Positions 8,019 through 16,553 of a stretch of 18,445 nucleotides of DNA are shown one piece after another. The stretch spans positions 1 to 18,445 of the forward strand of contig JBDRBN010000112.1 in assembly GCA_043822785.1 (NCBI GenBank), written 5' to 3'. The translations under genes were made by a program, and so were the position numbers. Under the pieces are notes generated by a model that searched no databases, had not been told where the DNA came from, and saw nothing but the letters and a program-made list of their open reading frames with translations. The DNA is from Pseudomonadota bacterium. GTDB lineage: Bacteria > UBA10199 > 2-02-FULL-44-16 > JAAZCA01. Position 1 is the first letter of the stretch. The number at the start of each line of letters is the position of its first letter.

Positions 8019-8630
8019 TTATGCAGAAAGCGGTGCTCCCATATCCCAACCACTGCGGCTAAACGCATCGGTCATGGACAGGATCTCTGCTCTCTGAGTC
8101 TTTCCGTTCTCTGCAATCTGAGCAAGCCTTGCCTGTGTTGCTCCCTCAAGGCGTGCCATCTTCTGCTCATGAAGTATCTGATTGCTGAGCATATCCTTCT
8201 GTACGAACATGCCTTCTTCCTGAACAGCCAACTGTGTAAGCGCCACTTCCTTTTGATATTGAGCTATGTTGTCCTGAGTCGTGTAGTATTTCTCTGCAAT
8301 AGTCCCCTGAATTTCTAGCGATTTGCTTGCAAGAGCATAGTTGAGACCGGTGGCGAGTGTTTGGTTTACCTGGCTGCCAATCATGCCAATAGCGCCCCAC
8401 ATCTGCTGCTTCTTGATGAGTTCCGCGCCTACCGTTGGGTCCAACTCCACGCTTGCGTTTATAGCAGGCATGCCACCAAAAGGGTTACCAGCAGGATTCG
8501 CAAGCGGGGTATAGGCACCTACAGCTGGTCCCTGCGGCTGTTGAGGATAGCCATATCCTTGCTGTCCGTATGGCGGAGGATACCCCTGTCCTTGTGGTCC
8601 ATATGCTCCATCAGTGCCTGCGCTAATCAT
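8019..8630 (-). CDS. Hypothetical 203-aa protein: P/G/Q/Y-rich N-terminus, Gly/Ala segment, helical region, ends WDMGAPLSA (operon gene 2)
   Basis: AAGGAGATATA RBS; 23-nt spacers to both neighbours; paralogous to gene 3. Confidence 0.85.
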   Translation of the reverse strand: MISAGTDGAYGPQGQGYPPPYGQQGYGYPQQPQGPAVGAYTPLANPAGNPFGGMPAINASVELDPTVGAELIKKQQMWGAIGMIGSQVNQTLATGLNYALASKSLEIQGTIAEKYYTTQDNIAQYQKEVALTQLAVQEEGMFVQKDMLSNQILHEQKMARLEGATQARLAQIAENGKTQRAEILSMTDAFSRSGWDMGAPLSA

Positions 8631-8653
8631 TTTATATCTCCTTTATCTCTTGC

Positions 8654-9013
8654 CTATACTTTAGGCGATCCATTAAAATATTTCTTTTGGTTTTCAGCAT
8701 TCGTTTTGGCTGTTTTTCTCTTTGCCCGCTCTGCTGAAAGTCTTTCATATGTAATCAAAGATCCCACGCTCATTTTTTGACGAGCCAAGCTTGCAGCCGA
8801 TTGCCTATCCTGAGTTGCCTTTGTGGCCTTGGCGCGATTTTCAGCCTTTGTCTGAGCTGCTTCCTGCATTGCCTTTTGTTCTTCAGCTGCATCTTCAGCC
8901 TTATTTGCCGCATCTACCTGCAGGCCGATAGATACTGCAGTGCCTACTGCGGCCACTCCAGCAACTACAACTGCAGTTATGATGCATCCTAAGATTCCTA
9001 AAAGTGCCAACAT
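8654..9013 (-). CDS. Hypothetical 119-aa protein: N-terminal hydrophobic helix plus A/K/E/Q coiled-coil-like region, ends YFNGSPKV (operon gene 1)
   Basis: AAGGAG RBS; residues 1-31 uncharged (MLALLGILGCIITAVVVAGVAAVGTAVSIGL). Confidence 0.82.
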   Translation of the reverse strand: MLALLGILGCIITAVVVAGVAAVGTAVSIGLQVDAANKAEDAAEEQKAMQEAAQTKAENRAKATKATQDRQSAASLARQKMSVGSLITYERLSAERAKRKTAKTNAENQKKYFNGSPKV

Positions 9014-9045
9014 GGCTTTCTCCTTAAATTTTCCCTTCGTACATA

Positions 9046-9074
9046 TTATCGGTACTTAGAAGGGCCAAAGTTGC
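9046..9074 (-). promoter_or_regulatory. Putative sigma28 (FliA/WhiG-family)-like promoter
   Basis: Minus strand GCAACTTT-13 nt-ACCGATAA; -10 matches GCCGATAA at 7/8; -35 and spacing deviate from the enteric consensus. Confidence 0.5.
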
Positions 9075-9105
9075 GTCCTGACAGAAAAAAATGGAAAAAC
9101 CGCAT

Positions 9106-9241
9106 GTCATCGCGCTTGCCCGACGACGCTTTAGTGGCGGGAGCTTCTGCTATAATTTATAGCAGAAGCGTGGCGATCTCCTAAAAATCAGGACATTACG
9201 GGGATTGCTTCGCCCCCAAAACGCTGGGGGCTCGCAATGAC
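9106..9241. repeat. REP-like palindrome variant GTCATCGCG...CGCAATGAC with several internal hairpins
   Basis: Inner arms GTGGCGATC/GATTGCTTC; hairpins GCTTCTGCTATAA-TTATAGCAGAAGC and GCCCCCA..TGGGGGC. Confidence 0.75.
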
Positions 9242-9290
9242 ATTCAGTACGTGCTTGATTGCTCCTGTTATCTGTGTTAGCCGCGCGACT

Positions 9291-11903
9291 ATGCCCGAAG
9301 ATAGCCTATATAATGATACAGCCACGCCCATGTTGCGCCAGTATCAGCGCATAAAGGCTATGTATCCTGATACTATCCTCATGTACCGGCTGGGCGATTT
9401 CTATGAAATGTTCTATGATGATGCAGTGTTAGCTGCCAATATATTAGATATAACTTTAACATCTCGCAATAAAAACGCTCCAAATCCTATACCTTTGTGC
9501 GGTGTTCCGTTTCATTCTGTAGAGCCATATATAGCTAAGTTGTTGGAATCAGGTAAAAAAGTAGCGATTTGCGATCAAATCGAGGATCCAAAACAAGCCA
9601 AAGGAGTGGTAAAACGCGAGGTAACAAGGGTTCTTACGCCAGGTGTAGTGGTAGATGGCCTAGGTCTTGATGCTAACACCCATAATTTCCTGGCATGCAT
9701 CTTTTATGAAAATGAAATGCTGGGCCTTGCTATTGCCGATGTGTCCACTGGCTTTTTTCAAGCCAAGGAATTTGCCACATATGACGGAGCAATTGAGGAT
9801 CTTTGCAGAACAGAGCCTAAAGAATTGATAATAAAGGATAATTGGAATGCAAACCCATCCATAGAGGATTTATCAAGGTTTTTGCCGAAAGTCTTGTTTA
9901 CCTCCATGTCTGCACAAGCCTTTGATACACAGATCTTAAATACAATTGAAGGCGGTAACGCACTTATCAGAGAACTTCCTGTAGCTGCCAGGGCAGCATC
10001 CGGCGTGCTCTCATACCTACAAAAAACCCAAAAGCACATGCCAGCCCAGATCACTGAAATAAAAATAGGCAAACCTGCCAATGTGATGCGCTTTGATGAG
10101 GCCACCAAGCGCAATTTAGAGCTTATCCGCACTATGCGCGATGGTGAACGAGCAGGCTCATTGCTAGATGCCCTGGATCGAACCAAAACTGCAGCAGGCG
10201 CTAGAACCGTTAGGCGTTGGCTTTTGTACCCACTCACAAATCCTTGCGAGATAAGTAAACGCCTGGATGCAGTGGAGGCGATTTTAGAGGATTCCACACT
10301 CCTAAGTTCTCTTCCTGATATCTTAGGAAGAATCTATGACATCGAAAGGATAACAGCGCGCGCAGCCACTGCATGCGCAAACGCACGTGATCTCATAGGG
10401 CTTAGAGAATCGCTTAAAGCGTCAAACGAACTAAAGCAACTTTTGGCAACCGGCAAAGGGCTTTTGCACGACCTTTTATCTCAGATCGATCCATGCACAG
10501 ACCTGGTTGATGCCATATCCACAACGATCGCAGATGATCCTCCGCTCTCAATCAGGGAAGGCGGCATCATAAGGCCTGGCGTAAATTCCGATCTGGACGA
10601 GATGCGCGATGCTATCACACATGGGAAGGAGATCATCGCCGGCATCGAGGCCAAAGAGCGCAAAGACACAGGCATCTCTTCGCTCAAAGTGCGGTATAAT
10701 AAGGTCTTTGGCTACTACCTTGAGGTCACCAACACCCATCGCGATAAGGTCCCTCTGCATTATATCCGCAAACAAACCCTAACCAATGCAGAGCGCTATA
10801 TCACGCCAGAGCTCAAAGAGCATGAAGAGAGGGTGCTTGGCGCAGGCGAGAAGAGCCGGGCTTTGGAATACGAGATATTCACCCAGCTCAGGGATCAGGT
10901 AAAAGCCCAGACCACCAAGCTTAAGCGTACAGCCAGCGCCATAGCTTCAATCGATGCCCTCACGTCGCTCGCACGCATAGCAGCTGAGTATGATTATACA
11001 AAGCCCCGGGTGGATGATGGAGATGTGATCGATATAAAGGAAGGGCGCCATCCGATTGTAGAGAGGGCAAACCCAGCAGAGCGCTTTGTTCCAAATGATG
11101 TGATGCTAGGCGGCGAACATTGCAAATTTATGATGATAACCGGCCCTAACATGGCCGGCAAATCCACGGTAATGCGGCAAACAGCGCTCATCGTGCTTAT
11201 GGCCCAGATGGGGTCTTTTGTGCCAGCGTCAAGCGCGCGCATAGGAGTGGTGGATCGCATATTCACAAGGGTAGGTGCATCAGATGCTCTTGCCCAGGGT
11301 CAATCCACGTTCATGGTGGAGATGGCTGAAGCTAGCGTAATCCTGCGCGATGCAGGGCCTAAGAGCCTTGTCATCATAGATGAGATTGGTAGGGGCACAT
11401 CCACATTTGACGGCCTTGCTATAGCATGGGCTGTTGCAGAAGATTTGCACGATAGGGTGGGTGCGCGCACTATGTTTGCAACTCACTATCACGAGCTCAC
11501 CGAGCTTGCGCTCACAAAGCCAAAGATTTCCAATCATCACATTGCAGTGAGGGAGTGGAATGATCAGGTGATCTTTTTGCGAAGGCTCGTTGCTGGAGCA
11601 ACATCGCACAGCTATGGAATACAGGTGGCGCGCCTTGCCGGCCTACCAAGCAAAGTCATCGAGCGCGCGACCGAGGTGCTGGCAAATCTGGAGGACGGCG
11701 AGCTAAACGAGGTAGGGCAGCCCAGAATCGGCACTGTGCAATCAGAACATGGAGAAGGCGCAAAACTGGCGCAGTATCAACTCTTTGGAAGCTCAAAGAA
11801 AAGCGAGATCGAAAAAAGACTCAAAGAGATCGATGCAACTGCCATAACTCCAATCGAGGCATTGAATATACTGCATGAATTGAGTAATAAGGTTAAAGAG
11901 TGA
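9291..11903 (+). CDS. mutS: DNA mismatch repair protein MutS (start probably ATG 9291)
   Basis: TPMLRQY, YRLGDFYEMF, GRHPIVE, TGPNMAGKST, DRIFTRVGASD, STFMVEM, DEIGRGTST, FATHYHEL, SYGIQVARLAGLP; ORF start 9237 lies in a repeat. Confidence 0.98.
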   Translation: MPEDSLYNDTATPMLRQYQRIKAMYPDTILMYRLGDFYEMFYDDAVLAANILDITLTSRNKNAPNPIPLCGVPFHSVEPYIAKLLESGKKVAICDQIEDPKQAKGVVKREVTRVLTPGVVVDGLGLDANTHNFLACIFYENEMLGLAIADVSTGFFQAKEFATYDGAIEDLCRTEPKELIIKDNWNANPSIEDLSRFLPKVLFTSMSAQAFDTQILNTIEGGNALIRELPVAARAASGVLSYLQKTQKHMPAQITEIKIGKPANVMRFDEATKRNLELIRTMRDGERAGSLLDALDRTKTAAGARTVRRWLLYPLTNPCEISKRLDAVEAILEDSTLLSSLPDILGRIYDIERITARAATACANARDLIGLRESLKASNELKQLLATGKGLLHDLLSQIDPCTDLVDAISTTIADDPPLSIREGGIIRPGVNSDLDEMRDAITHGKEIIAGIEAKERKDTGISSLKVRYNKVFGYYLEVTNTHRDKVPLHYIRKQTLTNAERYITPELKEHEERVLGAGEKSRALEYEIFTQLRDQVKAQTTKLKRTASAIASIDALTSLARIAAEYDYTKPRVDDGDVIDIKEGRHPIVERANPAERFVPNDVMLGGEHCKFMMITGPNMAGKSTVMRQTALIVLMAQMGSFVPASSARIGVVDRIFTRVGASDALAQGQSTFMVEMAEASVILRDAGPKSLVIIDEIGRGTSTFDGLAIAWAVAEDLHDRVGARTMFATHYHELTELALTKPKISNHHIAVREWNDQVIFLRRLVAGATSHSYGIQVARLAGLPSKVIERATEVLANLEDGELNEVGQPRIGTVQSEHGEGAKLAQYQLFGSSKKSEIEKRLKEIDATAITPIEALNILHELSNKVKE

Positions 11904-11908
11904 GGGTT

Positions 11909-11993
11909 GTCATCGCGAGCCCAGCACCAGATGGTGCTGGGCGTGGCGATCTCCATAACTCTGGAGATTGCTTCGGCTTCGCCTCGCAATGAC
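11909..11993. repeat. REP-like palindrome between mutS and the amidase
   Basis: GTCATCGCGAG-(GCCCAGCACCAGATGGTGCTGGGC hairpin)-GTGGCGATCTCC...GGAGATTGCTTCG...CTCGCAATGAC. Confidence 0.82.
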
Positions 11994-12000
11994 ATTCTAT

Positions 12001-12029
12001 TTGAAGCACATAAAACAAAATGATATTAT
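12001..12029 (+). promoter_or_regulatory. Possible sigma70 promoter for amidase-glnD
   Basis: TTGAAG-17 nt-TATTAT ending 10 nt before ATG 12040; no clear SD, so near-leaderless if real. Confidence 0.3.
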
Positions 12030-12039
12030 CTTAAGTCCT

Positions 12040-13701
12040 ATGAAAAATACACTTATAACAATAGTTACGACAATCGCCTTATTGTTCTCGGCCACGGCAT
12101 TTTCTCAAAACACGCAGGCTGGCGAATACGAAAGAGGCAAAGCCTGCTATCAAAACCTTCTAAAGCAGGGCAAAAATGCCACTAATCAAGAATGGCAAAA
12201 ATGCATAAGCTTTTTTGAAAAGTTTAAAACAAGCTCAGCCCTCTTTTCTACAGGTCGTCTGCAGCAAGAGCATTATGCAATAACTCACGCGCAGACAGAT
12301 CTTGAAGGTGCGATAAAGAATTTTAATGAGCTCATAAGGCAGTTTCCAAAAAGTTCTCTTGCTGATGATGCTCTCTACCGCATCGGTTGCATGCGTCAGG
12401 ATTTGCTAAATCAAAAGGATAGGGCGCGCAGGTCATTTAGCTATATTTTAGAAAAGTATCCTGACGGCGATATGGCTGTGCACGCAAAGGCAAGACTTGC
12501 TGCATTGGGTGACGAGCCAGCAGAGGAGAAGCCCGCAGTTGTACAGGCTCCTATAGAGGAGACTGAAGTTGAAGAAACATCTGTTATTAAAGAAGGCGAC
12601 CTGCCTGCCACGAAGCGCTTTTCTGGTATGGCAGATGCTTTTAATAGAGCAACTCTTACAGGCGTTTCAATTGGGCAATCAGATAAAGGTGCAACGGTCG
12701 AGCTTAACTTAGACAGGGATGTGGAATACTCGGTGGAGTACACTGAATTAGGCCGCAGAACTCGCTCTCCGCCTGAGCTCGACATAGTCCTGTTGCATGC
12801 CAAGGCAGCCGGCGATCTCACACGCGAGGCTACGTTTGCGTCTGCTTATATAGCATCTTACAAGATCAAAAACCTTCTCTTGAGCAGCGGAATTCGAATT
12901 ACCTTCACGCTCACCCCTCAGACTCGCTACGAAGTCACAAAAAGAGAGACTGGTCTTGCCATACGTTTTGGAAATGAAACAAAAGCATCTCCTAGTCCAT
13001 CCTCAAGCTTATCCTCATTTCGTATAGTCATCGATCCTGGCCACGGCGGGGAGGATGAAGGAGCAGTGGGCCCTTCTGGTACGCTTGAAAAAGATATAAC
13101 GTTAGCTATGGCAAAGCCTTTGGCCAAAAGGCTTAGAGGTGAATTAAGTGCCAATGTATGGCTTACCAGAAACGATGATCGAACGCTAACGCTTGAACAA
13201 AGAAATACATTTGCAGTGGGCAAAAAGGCAGATCTATTTATCTCTATTCACGCCAACGCCTCTACAGACAAGTCTGCTTCTGGCATTGAGACATACTATC
13301 TCAACAATGCAACCGATGAAGCAGCAGCCAAGCTGGCAGCTAGAGAAAATAGTTCTTCTGGCAAAAAGCTTTCTGAAGTAGAGCATATCATATCGACAAT
13401 GCTTCAAAACTATGATGCTGCGCAATCGCTCGATCTTGCTACTGAAGTGCAAGCGGGGCTTACGAAGAGAATCAAAAGCTCTCTCGGTAAAGTCAAAAAC
13501 AGAGGGGTGCGCTCAGCCATGTTTTATGTCTTGGTTGGAGCCAAGTGTCCTGCCATACTCGTTGAGGCTGCATTCATTTCTAACCCAAAGGAAGAGCAGC
13601 TTTTAAAAGATAAAAAATATCAGAAAAATGTGGCTACTGCCATCACTGATGGCGTAAAGAAATATTTGAAGTTGCGTGAGAAGGAGCTCGTATCACTTTG
13701 A
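12040..13701 (+). CDS. N-acetylmuramoyl-L-alanine amidase (Amidase_3) with signal peptide and N-terminal TPR-like region (start moved to ATG 12040)
   Basis: IVIDPGHGGED, LEKDITL, FISIHANA, ILVEAAFISN; signal peptide MKNTLITIVTTIALLFSATAFS; FPKSSLADDALY TPR-like motif. Confidence 0.93.
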   Translation: MKNTLITIVTTIALLFSATAFSQNTQAGEYERGKACYQNLLKQGKNATNQEWQKCISFFEKFKTSSALFSTGRLQQEHYAITHAQTDLEGAIKNFNELIRQFPKSSLADDALYRIGCMRQDLLNQKDRARRSFSYILEKYPDGDMAVHAKARLAALGDEPAEEKPAVVQAPIEETEVEETSVIKEGDLPATKRFSGMADAFNRATLTGVSIGQSDKGATVELNLDRDVEYSVEYTELGRRTRSPPELDIVLLHAKAAGDLTREATFASAYIASYKIKNLLLSSGIRITFTLTPQTRYEVTKRETGLAIRFGNETKASPSPSSSLSSFRIVIDPGHGGEDEGAVGPSGTLEKDITLAMAKPLAKRLRGELSANVWLTRNDDRTLTLEQRNTFAVGKKADLFISIHANASTDKSASGIETYYLNNATDEAAAKLAARENSSSGKKLSEVEHIISTMLQNYDAAQSLDLATEVQAGLTKRIKSSLGKVKNRGVRSAMFYVLVGAKCPAILVEAAFISNPKEEQLLKDKKYQKNVATAITDGVKKYLKLREKELVSL

Positions 13702-16325
13702 ATCCATCTTTAGTGATCCTGCCAGAAATCGATCTTACCCTGTGCGAAAAGGATCCAACGTCCGCAGTTCGCAGCTTTCTATTTGATCGAAGAAAATGGT
13801 TTGATGAATCTTTAGCAGCCGGATGCGATGCCCTGAATATGTGCTGCACATATTCTGAGATGATAGATGGCGTTGTGCGCGCGCTCTACAACCGCGCAGG
13901 AACATATGCTGACAAGCCTACTAATGATCGAAGCGCTGTGCTCGCCCTAGGAGGCTATGGCCGGCGCGAGATGGGCCTTTTAACAGACATCGATCTGCTC
14001 TTTCTCATCGATACACAAGACGAGGAACATGCCCGAGCAATCACCGACGGCATTCTATACCCTTTCTGGGATAATGGTATGCAAGTGGGTGGCGCAACGC
14101 GTACGCTTGCTGATTGTCAATCCATAATGAATCACGACGAGCGCGCTCTCACTGCAATGATGGATGCAAGGCTTGTATCAGGTGATGCTGCACTTTTAGA
14201 AGATCTCTTCCACCTGCTAACAAAGCATTTTGCCGACAGTAGTTCACAGAAGAATTTTGTGCACAGAAAGCTTAAAGAACACCACAGGCGGCTTACGCGC
14301 TATGGTGGATCAATATACTTGCTGCAGCCCAATCTGAAGGAGGGCGAGGGAGGACTAAGGGAGTTGCACACGCTTCGCTGGATAGCAAAGGCAGCATGTC
14401 AAAAATTGGATGCATCAGAACTCATGAAAAAGTATGTGCCTGAAAAAGGCGCGTCTCGCGCTATCGAAGATGCGCATCGTTTTATTTGGGCAAGCAGGCA
14501 TTCGCTTCATCTCTCAGATGGCACGACAAACGACAGGCTAAGCGAATCAATACAGGGCGATGTAGCAAAAAGGCTAGGTTACCAAGCGATGAACGATTCA
14601 AGCGCAGCTGAAGTCTTTATGTCAGATTACTATAAGCATGCCGAGAGCATGCATCTTTTGTGCGAACGTGGAATGGAGAGAATAAAGCGCGAGATCATGC
14701 CTCCCTCGCGCGCCCGCGCAATTTTTTGGCGTAGGCCCTTGCCCGGCGGACTTATCAAAACCGAGTTTGGAACTCTCTCGTTTAGGAGAAAAGATCAAAA
14801 AGCAGATGCTTTAAGCGAGCTTAACCTCTTTGCCACCGCAAGGAGGACTGGTGTACCCCTTGACCCGATTACCAAGGGCAAGCTCTGTGCAAAAGCACAA
14901 GCTGATGCCCGCCAGGAACTAGCTGCGTTTGAAGCAGCCAGAAGTCTGCGGGATGTTTTTTCCGGAATAGAAAATCTGGATCGCACGCTCATGGATATGC
15001 ACGAGTGCGGTGCGCTGATCCGATGGTTTCCTGAAATGGCATCGATATTTCATAAAGTCCAGCACGATGGCTTTCACTTCTACACAGCAGGCGTACATTC
15101 CATAAAGGCTGTAGGTGAACTCGCTATGCTTCCAACCCATGTTCTCTCATGTATTCGAAGACCGCACGTGTTGTCGCTGGCTACGCTTTTTCACGACATA
15201 GGCAAGGGGCAAGGAGGGGATCATTCGGAAAGGGGTGCACAGATCGCTTCAGACATAGCAGGGCGCATGGGTTACGATAATTGCGACATAAGTGATATTG
15301 CGTTTTTGATTCGCTCACATCTGCTTATGTCCACAATCGCTTTTCGCAGGGATGTAAAGGATCCAGACCTTGTCGAGCGATTTGCACAGTCGCTGAGATC
15401 GCCTGAGATACTCACCATGCTTTATCTGCTCACGTTTGCCGATTTAAGAGCCATAGGTCCTAACGTATGGAGCGAGTGGAAGGGCGGGCTTTTGGCCGAA
15501 TTCTACAAGAGGACATATGCGCACATGAGCGCAGGGGGTATGACCCCAGCCAAACGAAAGCGCGAAGCAGATAGACTGATTTCTGCTGTGAAAAAGCGCG
15601 TTGGAAGGGATATAGGCGAATCTGAGATTAAGGGATTTCTTTTAAAACTACCCTCACGTTACCTGCATTCGGTTCCAGCCGAGGCCATAGCTGCACATAT
15701 ACTTTTTGCGCGCAATGTTGATAAAGAGCCTATGGCTACTTTTATTCGAGATTTGCCAGATCGAGGTTCTACTGAATTTTCGGTTGTGACAAAGGACTGC
15801 CCGGGGCTGTTTGCCAAGATCGCTGGCGTGCTTTCAGCAAACAGCGTCAACATTGTGGATGCTGAGCTTTTTACTTCAAGCGATGGTACTGCGATAGATG
15901 TGATCTGGGTAACCGATTCAACCTATAGCCCCATCAAGGATCCAGATGTCTGGACTCGCATCAGAAAGGATCTCACGCGCGTTTTGCCTGATAACCGAAA
16001 TATAACGCACATCGTGGGCGCTCGCTTCAAGAAGAGCCTCTTATCGATGAGAGGGCAAAATAGGCCGGCTCTGGTGACTATCGAAAACGACGTATCCGCT
16101 TTTCACACAGTGGTTGAGGTTAGGGCGTACGACCGCAGAGGGCTTCTGTATACCATTGCATCGACTTTTCATGAATTGGGCTGTACTATAGATCTGGCAA
16201 GGATCACGACTCATATTGACCGTATCATCGACGTCTTTTATATTAGGGATGCTGATGGTAAAAAGATTGACTCTCGAGAACGTCTCGATCAAATTAGATC
16301 GCGGCTCATAGATGCATTGGAATAG
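13698..16325 (+). CDS. glnD: [Protein-PII] uridylyltransferase / uridylyl-removing enzyme
   Basis: ALGGYGRRE...DIDL, PNLKEGEGGLRE, LFHDIGKG HD motif, two ACT domains (DCPGLFAKIAG, DRRGLLYTIA); TTG start overlapping amidase stop. Confidence 0.95.
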   Translation: MNPSLVILPEIDLTLCEKDPTSAVRSFLFDRRKWFDESLAAGCDALNMCCTYSEMIDGVVRALYNRAGTYADKPTNDRSAVLALGGYGRREMGLLTDIDLLFLIDTQDEEHARAITDGILYPFWDNGMQVGGATRTLADCQSIMNHDERALTAMMDARLVSGDAALLEDLFHLLTKHFADSSSQKNFVHRKLKEHHRRLTRYGGSIYLLQPNLKEGEGGLRELHTLRWIAKAACQKLDASELMKKYVPEKGASRAIEDAHRFIWASRHSLHLSDGTTNDRLSESIQGDVAKRLGYQAMNDSSAAEVFMSDYYKHAESMHLLCERGMERIKREIMPPSRARAIFWRRPLPGGLIKTEFGTLSFRRKDQKADALSELNLFATARRTGVPLDPITKGKLCAKAQADARQELAAFEAARSLRDVFSGIENLDRTLMDMHECGALIRWFPEMASIFHKVQHDGFHFYTAGVHSIKAVGELAMLPTHVLSCIRRPHVLSLATLFHDIGKGQGGDHSERGAQIASDIAGRMGYDNCDISDIAFLIRSHLLMSTIAFRRDVKDPDLVERFAQSLRSPEILTMLYLLTFADLRAIGPNVWSEWKGGLLAEFYKRTYAHMSAGGMTPAKRKREADRLISAVKKRVGRDIGESEIKGFLLKLPSRYLHSVPAEAIAAHILFARNVDKEPMATFIRDLPDRGSTEFSVVTKDCPGLFAKIAGVLSANSVNIVDAELFTSSDGTAIDVIWVTDSTYSPIKDPDVWTRIRKDLTRVLPDNRNITHIVGARFKKSLLSMRGQNRPALVTIENDVSAFHTVVEVRAYDRRGLLYTIASTFHELGCTIDLARITTHIDRIIDVFYIRDADGKKIDSRERLDQIRSRLIDALE

Positions 16326-16331
16326 AGATAT

Positions 16332-16553
16332 ATGACCTGGTACATTATAGCTGGTATAGCAGCTTTGGTTGCGTTAGGTATATTGATATATACTTATGTG
16401 CGCGACAGGCGATATATGAAGAAGCGGGTTCTAGAGGCGATGAGCCCGGATCTTCGCAAAGAGATCGAAGAAGAACGTGCTGCATCGCTTGTTCGCCGCG
16501 AACTCTTTAAAGAAGCGCTAGAAGAAGCTACGCAAAAGGATGAGGACAAGTGA
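16332..16553 (+). CDS. Small single-pass membrane protein, 73 aa
   Basis: WYIIAGIAALVALGILIYTYV followed by basic residues; 6 nt after glnD, overlaps next gene. Confidence 0.7.
   Translation: MTWYIIAGIAALVALGILIYTYVRDRRYMKKRVLEAMSPDLRKEIEEERAASLVRRELFKEALEEATQKDEDK

Noticed and set aside
8628..8645. AAGGAGATATA identical to the T7 gene 10 / pET RBS, suggesting vector contamination
   Set aside because: Only 11 nt match; no T7 promoter or other vector sequence; neighbouring genes have similar native AAGGAG sites
7528..9013. Prophage remnant (ejection protein cluster)
   Set aside because: No portal, terminase, capsid, tail or integrase nearby; the operon has its own promoter-like motif and terminator. 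Kept only as a structural analogy
8984..9013. Lipoprotein signal in gene 1 (ILGC)
   Set aside because: No basic n-region, Cys at position 10, and the hydrophobic stretch continues well past the Cys
1..11993. Repeated palindromes as a CRISPR array
   Set aside because: Copies are kilobases apart and variable, with no regular repeat-spacer period and no cas genes
15050..15110. GlnD HFYTAGVH in place of the usual HxYTVDxH as loss of function
   Set aside because: HD motif, nucleotidyltransferase motif and both ACT domains are intact; one divergent motif is insufficient evidence
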